From NCBI RefSeq assembly GCF_009914755.1, contig NC_060945.1: a DNA stretch of 64,000 bases; one strand, given 5' to 3'. Positions 15,273 through 29,200 of this stretch are shown one piece after another. The stretch is from the human T2T-CHM13v2.0 reference genome, Homo sapiens. Below the pieces are notes generated by a model that saw nothing but the letters and a program-made list of their open reading frames with translations, did not search any database and was not told the DNA's origin. The translations under genes were made by a program, and so were the position numbers. Position 1 is the stretch's first letter, and the number at the start of each line of letters is the position of its first letter.

Positions 15273-15900
15273 GATTAGGAGAACTGGTCTTGCTTGGAAA
15301 GGTTTGAGGAGGAGAAAGTGGTTAAACAGAAAATTGAGTAATATTTTACTATATAAATGAGAGTTGAAGGAGGGCAACCAGGAGGAAAAAAAAGCATTAC
15401 GAAAAACAAGGGATGATAGAGAATGAGATGTTTCAGGGACAGTTAGTGACTCAATGTGAGGAGTGTGCAGGGTATTCGATGGAACAGTGGTGCTTAATGG
15501 AGCCCCCAAAGCAGACAGAAAATAGAACAGAAATGGCCCTGCATGCCATGCTAAAGGATTTGGAATTGATCTTGTATTCACTGGAGAGCCGCAGGAGAAG
15601 TATAATAAAGGGAACAAAAGTGGACTTCAGAATGTAGTCTGTGTGGCATGAGAAGATAAATTCAGAGCACTTTCAGAAAGAAAGCAGAAAACCCTATACT
15701 ACGGCTATTTTATTAATGCAGGGAAAAATTATGGTGTCCTGGCATAAGATAGCAGCAGTTGAGAATGAAGAGGAGGGGCTGGATTTGAGATATATTAAGA
15801 ACATTGAATCAATAGGTTGGAATGGTTGAGCAGTGGGGGATTGAGGAATTGGTGAAGAACGTAAATGAGTCAAGGATGACTCATGGATTCCTAATTTATA
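15273..15900 (-). mobile_element. L2 remnant, continuing from ~13790-13912 across the MSTB
   Basis: L2-like 'gccatgctaaaggatttggaattgatc', 'ggatttgagatatatt', 'gtcaaggatgactc'. Confidence 0.65.
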
Positions 15901-18760
15901 AAAAATAAATATAATGGAGACATATAAAATATAAACATTCATTTGGTTTGTGTCATTTTACTGAAGAATCCTTGTTTTTAGCATACTTTTTGTATCATAG
16001 ATATTCATTACCTTGATTGAAAATCGAAAGCAGAAGAAATACATAAAACATTCACAACAAAGTTGCAAGAAAATTGCTTTGAAGATACAGTTTCCTGTTA
16101 TGTTGATTACTTTGTCCTAGGCTAGTGTCCTTCTTTATCTAAATTCTGAAATATTAGCTATTTTTTATCTGACTTACATTATACATCGTATTATGATGCA
16201 TACATAAAACTTTAACTTTGGGAGTTTGAAATACACTGGACCATAAGTTACATGAGTTTCAGGGCTGTTTACCTCTATATTCCCAGCATTTAGCACAGGG
16301 TTTCACACATAGTAAACACTCATTCTTGTTAAATGAATGAATGAACAAATGAATGAATGAATGAAATAATTGTTCAAAAAATACCAATCAGCTGCTCAAT
16401 TTGTCCAGAATCATTAAATAGCAAATTTCTTTCTGATAATAATGGCAGAAATATTTCAGTTCAATTAGGTTGACAATCATATTTGAGTTTCTGGTACCAA
16501 TATACTACTCTCTGATACGCAATATAAATAATATCTGTAACCTAGTGTTCATTATCCATGAAGTATAAATAATCTTTTCAAAATTGTTTGGAAATGAACC
16601 AGTGGATATGCATTCAGAATTACTTTAGTTAAAACTCAAGACATATTAAATGTACATAGTACGTTCATGTCCTTCTTTATTTTGTCCTGTCCCCACTTTG
16701 GTTGTTGCCTGGCTGGTTCCCAAAGCAATTCCGAATTCCAGCATGCAGAATTTTATGTGAAACTTACCTAAGACAAAGGATGTTTTATTTTTTCAATGAC
16801 CACTTTCTTTCATGGCTTGGCACATAAAAGATGTAGACTTTCTCACTCTATTTCTGAATAATGGATTTTAAAACCATATTAGACATCTCCAACATAATAT
16901 AAACTGAGGGAGTACATGGTAGAGTATCTTAGGAATGTCCTGCCAGTAAACACAAGTAATTAATCAACCCACACATTTTTTTTTGTTAGCCTAATTTACT
17001 CCCATGAGATACAGCAGTAGTAAAATTCATTCATCCAACATTCTTTAATACTTGCCAGATAAGAAGGGCTACTTGCCCCCACTTCAGTGACAGGTTAATA
17101 GTTCTATTTTGGAAATGTTTGTCTAAATCCAAGAACTCAGGCTCAGTGCCATTTATTTATTTGGGAGATTGTTGGCAGGAAAGTACTATACCCTTACCTG
17201 GCAGGAGTAGTGCGGGTGAGGATTTTGCCTTCATTTTCATTTGTGCTTAATTCAATCTGATAGAAAATAGCTGCAGAGCACAAGTGAGAAGGAATATATA
17301 CAGAATTTTCAAGGAAGAAAAATAAAATTGGTGTTAAAATTAACTTCACTTCAACATCTAAAGTGAAGTCTCATTATCCTGTGTACCTCAAGGACATATT
17401 CTCCAAACTTCTCAGCTATTTCTGAGGGGCTCTCCACTTATATTTCAACTTCCTTCTTTGTAGCCCCAGATATAGGCTTACACCTCCTGGCTTGACTGCT
17501 TCTCTGATGCTATGAACTCTACATTCAAGTTTCAAGCCAATAGAGCTCCAAACATACAATTTCTCTGTATCACATTCACAATGTTCTCTAGGCTTAAAGG
17601 GAGAAGAGTGACCTCCACCCCTCCTGCACTGGAGTATATTTCTCTCTCTTAAGACAACCCTCAATCTACCTCCTATTTAGTGATGTTTCCACATTTACTG
17701 TGCATTTCAGGTAACAGCAGCCACAGGTGGTTACATCTATCCTTGCTTTGTACTGTCTAGCTCAACTACCACCACACCTAACTGTACCATGCCATTCTAC
17801 TCCAGTGGCCAGATGCCAGATGGGCACTAAGGTGTCTGGCACCATCCACAGACTGACCAGTATATGCCATAGCCTAGTGCAAGTGCAAGAGGCCAACTCA
17901 ATCAGTCTGCCTTTGAATGCTAGATCTGGACACCAGAAAATCTGGACACCAAAAATCAAGATGTCCACATAAGTCATACTTTCAGGCTGCCCTGATTATT
18001 TCTCAAGTACCTCATAGCTAAAATGTAAAAGGCCTAGCTATTTTTAAAAAAATTTTAAATAGCTCTGAACCCGAGAATGCTTTAAGTTCACAGTAATATA
18101 GATGAAAGCTAAAATGTCAAAGGTACAGCTATAATAACTTAAAAGACAAGTACCTTTGTGAATCAGAAATAATCTAGAAAGAGTTTTAGAAAATATATAA
18201 ATCTATGGTCATTCTTGGATCTGGCTGGAGAAGCAGGCAGAACCAGCTAAATGATAACATTGACTTTTTGATATGCCATTCTGCATACCGGTCTCACATT
18301 CAGGCTGGTAACAGGACGGGTGCAGTTGTTCCTGCCATCGCATCTCATATTCACATAGGACCGTATTAAGAATATAAAAAAACTAGAGGAGCACCTAGGT
18401 CTCCTTCGTAAGAAAATCTTTCTGGAATGCCTCCACGTAGACTTCCCTATATATCCTATTGGCCAGAATTTTGTTCTATATCCATTCTTTACCTGATCAC
18501 TGGGAAGGCAGAAGGAATTGCCATAACTGGAAGAAAAAAACAACCTGTGGAATAGAATGTTTGGGAAGAATCCAGCAAAAATGCCCACCATGATACATCT
18601 TTTGCTCATACATTATGTTAAAAATGCTGATGTCAAAATTAAACACACTCAGTCCTTCTTCAAATAGAAACAACTCAAAGTTTCATCCTTGGTCAAATTC
18701 AGTATTTTGCATGATGTGTAATCCTCATCACATCTCTGCTCAGTTTTTCATGTTCTATAT

Positions 18761-18976
18761 CAGAGGTCAGCAAAATATGGCCCTATAGCCAAATCTGGCC
18801 TGCTGCCTGTTTTTGTGTGGCCCACAAACTAATGTGTGTGTGTGTATGTGTGTTTACAATTGTTAATGTTTACATTTAAAACAAGAATAAATCATATTCT
18901 TTGTTTTTCCTTTTGTCCTGGAAATTCTAAAATATTTACCATATGGTCCTTTGCAGAAAATGTTTGCCAACTCCTG
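18761..18976 (+). mobile_element. MER58 (hAT-Charlie MITE)
   Basis: TIR-like ends cagaggtcagcaaa / tttgccaactcctg; internal gccaaatctggcctgctgcctgtttttgt. Confidence 0.8.
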
Positions 18977-19502
18977 TTCAATGGGACTTTGAATGAAAAG
19001 ACAAGTTTTCCACCCCAATATAACCAATATACAATGATACATCATTTTAAAAATGTAATTCTAAAAAGGGATTGTTGGGTGACACTCTTACATGAATTTT
19101 GTCCTAATATTGGTCTTTGTGAGGGTGGTGGCCAATGCTCCTTGGAATGTCCTGCCTATTCTTTTTTCCTAATGTGGCCTTACGTAAACTGAGGTCATGG
19201 AAGCATGAAATCCAAAATTTTCTAACAAGGCTTCCAAGGGTGGATCTTATTTGTTTCAGTAGAACAAAACTTGCTATTCTAATGGTCTCTCCACTTTTCC
19301 TTCTGCCTCTGAGCAAGATGAAGAAAAAAAGATGAAGCTGTTTTCCAGAGACCAGCACTTCATCCCTGAGAAAATGTCAAGATTATAGGCATGCTCTATA
19401 GAAGATAATGAGTTAATACCGGTAATTTGTTTACTCATATTTGAAACTCAGTTTCCCTATTTGAACAATGGAAATTATAATATCTTCTTCTCAAGTTTAT
19501 GT

Positions 19503-19621
19503 ATTTGATCCTTCATAAATATAGAAGAAATGTACCTGTTTTTTCTTGTTATCCTCTGTGATTTGCTTTTTCATAAATATAGGAGAAATGTCCCTATTTT
19601 TTCTTTAGTTATCCCCCATGA
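19503..19621. repeat. ~58-bp diverged tandem duplication
   Basis: ttcataaatatag(a/g)agaaatgt(a/c)cct...gttatcc occurs twice. Confidence 0.85.
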
Positions 19622-21663
19622 GAAGCTTGACAAACATCTGCACCACCCAGTGATCTATATTAAGGTAGTCTGATTCTAAAAATTCACAATTTGAGAAAAA
19701 TATTCCCTCCTTCCAATTTCTCTCTGTCCATATTCACTGAGTTGGTAGAAAACCTATTATTTTAAAGTATATCATCAGATTGAATTATTCTCAGTCACTT
19801 CTAAGACAAGTTTAATCTGCCATGGCTAGAAATGTCATCTTTGTTTCATTATTGTTACCTGAGAGTATTTATACATAAGGAAACAATAAGTACCTGAAAG
19901 ATATGTAATTTCGTTATAAGTACCTGAGAGGTATGAATAGCTAGATCACTAATACTTTTCAGTCATATAATTTTAGAATATTTTAAAAGGGCAAACACAT
20001 ATAGGGCACTTTCACATATGTTCCTTGAGTCTTGAAGGAGCTTTTACTGATATCTGTGGTATGTTTTTAAGTCATCTGCATGAATAGTTAGTACAGCAGC
20101 TTTAAGTCAGATAATTTCTTATAGTCAGAAAACAAAAAACAAACTTGCTGCAAACATAGGAATTTTAATGATAAGAGAAAAAAATATTTTTTAAAGCCTT
20201 TCTCTGACAAATCCAGGAAACATAATCTTCAAGTATCATGGATTTCTTTGAAAATATAATTATGGTAGAGCTTGTCATTTGCTGCTTTTCTAATAATTTC
20301 AACAAATTTATTTTCTATTTCATATAATTATAATTATCTCATTTTTAGTCTTGTTACAGAAATTAATTTACCTATTATATTTGATTTATATGAATTGTAC
20401 ATGGGAAGAAACCATCACAGAATCATAAAACTGGGGAGAGATGCTAATCTAATCCACAAAGTCTCCTATAATTTGAATGTGGTTGGACACTTCTAATTAA
20501 GCGTTGGATTGACATTCATTTTTCTCTGATTTCTATTTTCTATTTATTAATTATAATGACAATTTTCACCTTTGAAAAATGAATACTGTTAATCATATTT
20601 AGTAAAACTTCTAAAATAGAACAATGTTTGCTTTCTTGGAATTACTGCCACTTGTAACTTTTTTGTTGTATTAGACCTGTGGTAGATAATCTATTTAGGA
20701 TTTTTACACTACCATATGTGAAACTGATCTTCCTTATTTTGAAGAATGGCTAAATCAGGGGAGTATTTGATTGGGGTTCCCAGAAACCAACAAGATGTGG
20801 ATTCATATTCAAATGCTTCCAGGAGAATCAAGTAAGGAAGTTAAGAAAGAGAAAGAAAGGAAACAAAGGTGAGGGTTTTTTTTTTGTTTGTTTTGTTTCT
20901 TTGTTTTTGTCAAATTCCCATTCTCAGCCCAATTCCACCAAGAGCTCTGAGTGTAAGTCACAATGCGGAGTATGTTACTTACAAGAGCAAGGGAGCTAGC
21001 TTGCCTTCCAGGGCCAGTCGGCTATTGGCCAAGGGGCTGCCTAGGAAGAACTGAGCACAGGTAATCTTCCAGGCATTTCTGATCCTAATAGATCTAGTAG
21101 CCCAGGAGAAGTCCTCTGAAGAATGTGGCAGAAGCCGGCTGTTAGAGGCAAACCACACAGAAGCTGGTAAATGTATCTCAGGGGATGTGGGTGAAATACC
21201 AGTGGTGTCCAATGAAGGGATAAATTCCAGAAGAGAAGGCTACACATATTTTTAGATTGACCAGTTTAAAGCGTGCATTAAATCACAAGAATTAAATTTG
21301 GCCCAGGGCAAGTAAATTTGATCACTAATTATCTTGAGTCCACTTTCTGAAGTTAATCCTTAAGATTACATGTATTATCTCCGCATTTAGCCAAATCAAA
21401 TTTCCCCCAGCCCCAGAGTATATGTTAATAGAATTTTTCCAGGAAATACCAAACATAAAAGAGATGCCAAATTAAGAGTGTACAAAGCTATGGGTTTCAC
21501 ATGTGAAAAAGAGACTTTGAGAAATACTTTAAAAATATTGATTACCTTGGATTTTTTTTTCAGTTTGTACATTATTAGCTCAAATATCTTAGCAGTTGGT
21601 GAAGCATGGAATTTTTATGATGTCTTCCAGAAGGAACTAAATGTATTTAAGTACAGGCATTCT

Positions 21664-22105
21664 TTTTTTTATATATATACTTTAAGTTTTGGGATACATG
21701 TGCAGAACGTGCAGGTTTGTTACATAGGTATACACGTGCCACGGTGGTTTTCTGCACCCATCAACCCTTCATCTACATTAGGTATTTCTCCTAATGCTAT
21801 CCCTCCCCTAGCCCCCCACCCCCCAATAGGCCTCACTGTGTGATGTTCCCCTCCCTGTGTTCACATGTTCTCATTGTTCAACTCCCACTTATGAGTGAGA
21901 ACATGCAGTGTTTGGTTTTCTGTTCCTGTGTTATTTTGCTGAGAATGATGGTTTCCAGCTTCATCCATGTCCCTGCAAAGGACATGAACTCATTCTTTTT
22001 TATGGCTGCATAGTATCCCATGGTGTATATGTGCCACATTTTCTTTATCCAGTCCATCATTGATGGGCATTTGGGTTGGTTCCAAGTCTTTGCGATTGTG
22101 AATAG
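21664..22105 (-). mobile_element. L1PA7-like 3' end
   Basis: ORF2 C-terminus on the - strand (ORF 21878-22117); TSD aagtacaggcatt / aagcacagacatt. Confidence 0.93.
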
Positions 22106-23476
22106 AAGCACAGACATTTTTAAGGCCTCTAAAATTAGTAGAAGAAATATTTTTAAGAAAAAATTATGTAAGAGTGATTAAATGTCAATGTACTAAATAA
22201 ATATGGTTTCTGTTTTATAATCTATGATTGTGTTTTGAGGTGTTAACCACACAATTTTTTAAAAGTTGATGTTAATCAGCAAATATAAAATTTTGCCAGT
22301 ATTTAATATGTAATTTTGAATTGTTGTGTTAAATGCATTGATGTATGTAAAACACTTAGTGGAGTATTGACCAGAGTGTAGTCTCATTTCATATGATTGA
22401 GTTCTCCTTGCCTTCCTATTTTAATCACATTAGCATTATTAAATAATAGCTACTTTGTTTAGAGAATCTATTGGTATTCTTCAATTAAGAAAAGCTCTTC
22501 GCTCTGTAACTCTGCCTTAAATAATGTTCGGTATTATATGTACAATAATATATATTTTCTAAAGTCTTCTGATCTATAAAATAATGTCATCAATTAGGCA
22601 ATTATTTGATCATTTTTATCCAGAGTACTGTAATTCCTAAAATGAGCATATAACTGAAAGAGGATTTCTACAGAGAAAGAGTTGTTGTTTTCCTAAAACT
22701 TTGAGCTGATGTCCCTGAGCTGTCCTAGGGACATCTGATGTCCTAGCCACTACTCTGCCCCGATTCTGGCAGCTTCTGGGGGACTGGCTCCCATAACCCC
22801 CCTGCGCATCATCTTTTCTGCTGAGCCACGTCTTCTACCTGGCACCTGATCCGAGCCCCAAGGTAGTGATGCGACAGGAGCACTCAGGTTTCTGATGCTG
22901 GTTCTGTTTCTCTCTCATTTTTGTTTTGTCATTCCATTTTTTTACATCTTTTAGGATTACCTGGACTATTCCCTTTCAAATATTCTGGTAGGGCTAATTC
23001 TCTACTGACATATTTAGACACAAAAAATTGACTAATGTAGCTTCATTGGACCATTAGTTGTTGATTCTATCATGGGAATCCCACATGATACCCTGTGATC
23101 GGAGAAGGTGTGTTACCTCATAGGTGTGTTGACATCCTACTGACACTTTCCAAACTATTTCTTTTAGACCATAGAGATTTTAATTTTGATCTTCATTCTG
23201 CAACGTGAACTGATCCCTTAGAGCTAACTTTTGTCTAGAATAGAATCTCTAGTATCTTCCAAAATTCTTGAACTGTGGGACACTGAGTAGGGCTGATATA
23301 CTGAACCTTTCAGATGCCAGCAAAAGCAGTGGAATAGCCAAACTGAAGAGCTAGTGGGCTTGGCTAAGAGCAAAGACATCAGGTTCGTCAAAGGGCCTGA
23401 CATCTATTTTTTTTTTATCCTGTCTCAAAGCAGCTATATAAATATGAAAGGAGTGTGTGAGACAAAACAAAATTCT

Positions 23477-23768
<292 letters not shown>

Positions 23769-23827
23769 CTACTAGAAATAACTGATTTTATCTTTGTCAT
23801 CTAAAGAGAAAACAATACTCTTGGTTA

Positions 23828-24012
23828 GTTATAATATATATTTATATATTATACATAATATTTATATATCATATTTTTATATATTTATATATTATAAATA
23901 ATGTTTATATATTTATATATTATAAATAATATTTATATATATTTAATAAATAATGTTTATATATTTATATATTATAAATAATATTTATATATATCTATAT
24001 GTATATATTTAT
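23828..24012. repeat. AT-rich minisatellite / low-complexity tract
   Basis: Repeating ataaataat(g/a)tttatatat(ttatatatt) units. Confidence 0.92.
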
Positions 24013-24554
24013 ACTTTCAGTATGTGTTAGTCATGCCAAGGACAGTTGCTTCTGCTTAGTTGCATTCTTTAGCTGGATTCAATTGTAGGTTTAGTGGATG
24101 ATTTAAAATGAGCTCTAAAATAGCCCAGGGGTAGTACCAAATACACACTCAAAAGTTCCATTAATGCGTCAGATTAGGGAAGGCTTTGTAAAGCTTTCTG
24201 GAAGGTTTTAAAGCTCTGAATTATCATCTTTGTTTTAAATTATCTTGTCATGGTGCTTGGTTTACCTGTCATTTTTTTTTAACTAAAAGATATATATGAT
24301 ACAAATTTATCCCATATGTAAGTGTCAGTGTTTTGGGGATAACATTTAAAAGCAAGATCCATTAATAAAATCACCTTTGATTTTTGAACTGTATGTAGTT
24401 CTTTGTTCGTATGAGCAATTCACAGCTACAGTTTAGTAAAAACTTGGCTTGAGGATGTTCACTTCTGAAAAAATTACTTAAAATGTATGAAATGTTATCG
24501 CTGTAAGAACAGATGATTGGTTTCTTTAAAATTCCTAACATCAAACTGCCACAG

Positions 24555-24850
24555 CCAACAGAGGCCTAAGGCTTAAAGAGGCATGGCAAGTTAATGTAAT
24601 GTGGTTTCCTAGATGGAATTCTACAACAGAAAAAATACATTCGATAAAAACTAAAGGAATCGAAATAAAGCATGGGCTTTAGTTAATAATAATGTTTCAA
24701 TATTCATTCATTCATTGTAACAAATGTGCCATATTCATGCAAGATGTTAATATAAAAATTGTGTGTAACCATGCACATGAAAACTCTTTGTGCTATCTAT
24801 GTAATTTTCTGTAAAACTAAAACTGTTCAAAAATAACCATTTTATTTTAT
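24555..24850 (+). mobile_element. L1MC/MD 3' UTR fragment
   Basis: 'gctttagttaataataatgtttcaatatt...gtaacaaatgtgccat...gcaagatgttaata'. Confidence 0.7.
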
Positions 24851-25892
24851 TTTTTAAAAAATCTCACAACCTAAATCACTTTGAGATAGTCAGGTAATAA
24901 ATGCCATTTTTTTTATTTTTAAAAATTATGTAATGGAATTGAGCTCATTACAAAATGCTTTTCTACATTGTAGCTGCCTCTCTTAAGATTAAAGTTTTTG
25001 CCTGTGTTTTTTAGACACAAGAAAGGATATCATAAACCCTTTTTACATTAATGATCATCTCCTTTGAGCCTCCTTTTTTTGACACCATTCTCCTCTGCTA
25101 ATAGGAGTATTATTTTCTGGGGTATCTACCCATGATCTGAACCTTTCCTATTAGAAACTCCAGTGGAGATGATGGTTGCGGAAACGGCACAGTTCAATGA
25201 ACAAGATTTAAATCCTGTCTTGCTCAGAACTAGTGATGTACTCTTAGTTACATTAATATACCATCTCCATGAGGTTTTATAGTCTTCACCTCTACAATGA
25301 GGCCAATAGTAACTACAACCTCATAAACATATTGTGAAGATTAAATCACATAATAGGGTTTAGAAAACTGCGTGGATCATGACAATCACACAATAAAGAC
25401 TATTACTGTTTCTCCCATGTGGCAGTGTTTAGAACATCCTTGCAGTAATCCCTGCTAATTTTTTACTTTAGCATATTTTTGCTACAGAATTTACCAAGAA
25501 TTTATACTCTCACATTTGGAAAATTAAATTTTCATTAGCTGTCATAAAATCAGCTCAAACATTGGCAGGTGGGTTACACAAATAATAAAAGTAACAAGAG
25601 AAAAGAAATAATATTAAGAAGAAAAAAGAATAAAAGGAAGAAGGAGGAAGTAGGAAAGATGTAATAAGCTTTTAGAGTGATCATCATTTTGCATATAAAA
25701 GGGGACTGAATGCTTTACCTACATAAGCCTGTAGAATCTTCCCAACATGCATGTGAGCTAGGCATGATTAATAGACCATTTAAAGTTGAGAATAATATGA
25801 CTAAAACAGTTTCAATAACCTGTCCAAAGACCAAAGCTAATAGTTCATGGGACCAGAATTCAAACTCTACTATCCTCAACACAGAGCCACGG

Positions 25893-26260
25893 TCATATTG
25901 TTGGGCTCTGTGTCCATACCGAAAACTCATCTCCAATTGTAATCCCCACGTGTCGAGGGAGGGACCTGTTGGGAGGTGATTGGATTTTGGGGGCCATTTT
26001 CCCCATGCTGATCTTGTGATAGTGAGGGAGTTCTCATGAGATCTGCTGGTTTAAAAGTGGCAGTTTCCGCTGCCCTCTCTCTCTCTCTCCTGCTTCACCG
26101 TGTTAAGACATGCCTCGCTTCCCCCCTTGCCTTCCACCGTGATTGTAAGTTTCCTGAGGCCTCCCTAGCCATGAAGAACTGTGAATCAATTAAACTTTTT
26201 CTTTATAAATCTCCCAGTCTCAGGTATGTCTTTATAGCAGTGTGAAAATGGACTAATACA
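25893..26260 (+). mobile_element. MSTA/THE1D-type MaLR solo LTR
   Basis: Ends ...gactaataca; TSD cacgg/caagg; typical internal motifs. Confidence 0.9.
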
Positions 26261-29200
26261 CAAGGGCTGCCCTAACACCTTGACTCACTAAATATATCCA
26301 TCTTAGAGTCTTCTATGTAGGAATACTGTCTTCATTGTAGATACCAGGCCTACAATAATACCATGGATTTTGTTACTCTGCCAGTGGAAGCAGGATCTCC
26401 TCCCCACACCTACCTTAAAATGAAATACTCGTGACACTTATACATATCATGGTGGTCTGTAACTGGAGAGATTTTCTTATAGTCAAATGTGTTTTCTAAA
26501 CAGGTCAAACATTTAAGATACTAATATTGCCTCCCAAATTTTCAGCTCTTCACTGAATTTTAGCCTTGTAGTTCTTTCTCTTTCTGTTTTACATGAAGCA
26601 GGTTTGCTCTTTTATTTTCCTTTTTGCTACTGGATTTTTAAACAAAAGTCAGTAAAAGTTAACTGAGAATATTTTAACACTTTTTCTGGGAAGAGGTGCA
26701 GTCAGGCATAAGATTGTTAAAACATTTTGTAGCTTTGGCTTCACTCATTAAAATGTGTAGTATGAAGAATAAGCCTAGGGATTTTGTAATGAAATTATTT
26801 GATATATTCATGCTGTGTTTCATTATTCATAACAAAAAATATATCATCAGTGTGTCTTGAATTTTCTCTCTGATTCTCCACTTCTTTTTCCTTAAAGGAG
26901 AGAGAAGACCTCATTGCACAACCATTTCAGATGTGAATGTAGATATTAGAGTGGTACATCTGTTTCATGCATTAGGGAGCTTCTCTTGGGTCTATAAATA
27001 AGATCTCCACCGGTTCCATTAAATCCCAAAGTATGAATGGGCTTTTTTATGTCAAGTATGAACGAAATAGCATTTCCTTGGGTGTGGTAGGGAACACTGA
27101 TACACTCTTGGAGCTGAACATGCTAGCAGATTTCCTATCTATGCCATTGGCTCTGATTTTTCTCCCTTTGGAACAAGAGTTAGAAGCCAAGAGTTAGATT
27201 CTCTTTTCTTCCTGGAAATTCTCTTTATAACAGAATTGAAGTGGTTATTTGCAATTTATATGGAATACAAATGTGCATGTGTGTGTGTAAATATACGTTT
27301 TATTGGTAAAACAATCTGTTGGCTAAAAGAGTTTTAATGAGCTGTTGAAGTTGGGGATTAGTGCAAAATTCTTTTTAGGCATAGAAATCATAGAAGATAT
27401 TTTATTTTTCAAACATTTCTAAATGATTTTTTGGCTAAAAGATTTAAAAGGTCCCTGGAAAATAATTTTCAAAGTAGCATTAAACACATTAGAATGGGTT
27501 TGCAAATTCATTTCTCTATATTTCCTTCTCTGAATTTTTCTACATTTTGTTTCTTTATATTTTAATGGAGCTACATGATTTAAAAAGCAGAATTCAAAAT
27601 ATTTTGGTCTTGATTCATATTTTACTAGTTATAATGGTAAAATTTTCATTTTACTCCCTGAATAAATAAATAGTATCCAACTTAAAATATAAACTTGAAG
27701 ATTATCATTAGGATTTAGATAACATTGTCTGCATTGCGAACATAATAAGCATATTTCTATGAGAAAGTTCAGAACTAATGAGATCCACTAAAGATAAAGT
27801 CATATTTACTTTCTCCTCCTGTGACCACAAAAAGCAGATAATGCTTCCTAATGAATCCAAGCTATCTATTTCTTGTTATTGCTAGATTTATGTCTTAGCA
27901 ATGAGATGCATTGACTCCAGGATTCCAGGTCTCTGAGAAAGCTTTGGAAAGGGGCTTCTTGAGCTTATTGTTACTTCAAGCCACTGAATCTTACTCCCTC
28001 TTGTGGGCTCCTAGAGGTGCTAGAAAGAGTTATGCATGGTAGATATAGAAGGTATATAAATGATCATTACATTCCCAAAAGCTTCCTCTATTAAAAAAGA
28101 AAACATATTTTTCTTCCACAAAATAGGATATGTGCATTTCACACCCACCCTTCACTATTATTCAACTGATTATAACAAACCAGTATTTTACATAGAAAGT
28201 ATACTTGGCTTCACTGGTTGGAGGAATTTTTGTATGCTTTGGTCTTTCCAGGTCCTTAGTACAACTGGATCTTCAGAGGATCAAAGAAAAGCTCTCATTT
28301 AGTATCATTTCACCTTTGAAAGAACATTCTATTTTTCTTTATGGTAATTCAAATCAAATAATGTTTAATTGATGTGTTATATTTCAATTCCATAGTTATA
28401 TTATGTAAGGCTACGCAAATGTTGTTTTCACTGAATATTTGTGTTGTATTCTTTCTTATGTAATAGCTAATGTTTTCTTAACAAAATGACAAGTCCATAT
28501 ATAATAATGCCACTAAACACCTAAGGATTAAACAGCACTAGTAGTTAAAATAATGATGAATATTTGGCAGACAATAAGGGAAAAATGAAGCCACATTCTA
28601 GAAACAAATATATCTGTTTGTCATGGTGAATGCTATGAGTTTGTATTGAACTTTTCAGTGCCAAAACCAAAAGACAAATCTCTGTTCTTTAATTGAAACT
28701 GAGCTGTATTGAAGGCAATGATTAGTTAATGACCGGGTCCCCAGATGCAACTATCAATAGAGTATGAAGCAATTAAGAGAAATATCAGGATTTATAGAAA
28801 GTGTCAATATTCCATGAAATGTCACTCAATTGTATATTTCTGGGAGGTCAGACACTTAATTCCTTTCACATATGGTGCATTTTATCTGTGTTGAATTTTT
28901 AGTGCACCAGATACAAATGGAGTTAGCTTGCATTAACGTGGCTCCTTAAATATTATTACTCAGCATGACTACATGATAAAAACTAATCTTTCTTTTTACT
29001 AAGCATATGGGCTTTTTTCTATGGAAAGCAGCTGTGGCTAATTCAGTCACATCTAAGAGTAACTCCCACCTGTCAAAAGTATTTGAATCCATTTATTCTT
29101 CCATAATTAGAACATTCTATTGACTTTTTGCTATCTAAAGCAGGGCATAGTTCCGCTTTTATGAAACCTAAGTTATTAAAATTATAGTTTAATGTGTTAT

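Noticed and set aside
17189-17206. cttacctggcagg resembles the 5' end of U1 snRNA
   Set aside because: The match stops after 13 nt; better explained as a minus-strand splice donor.
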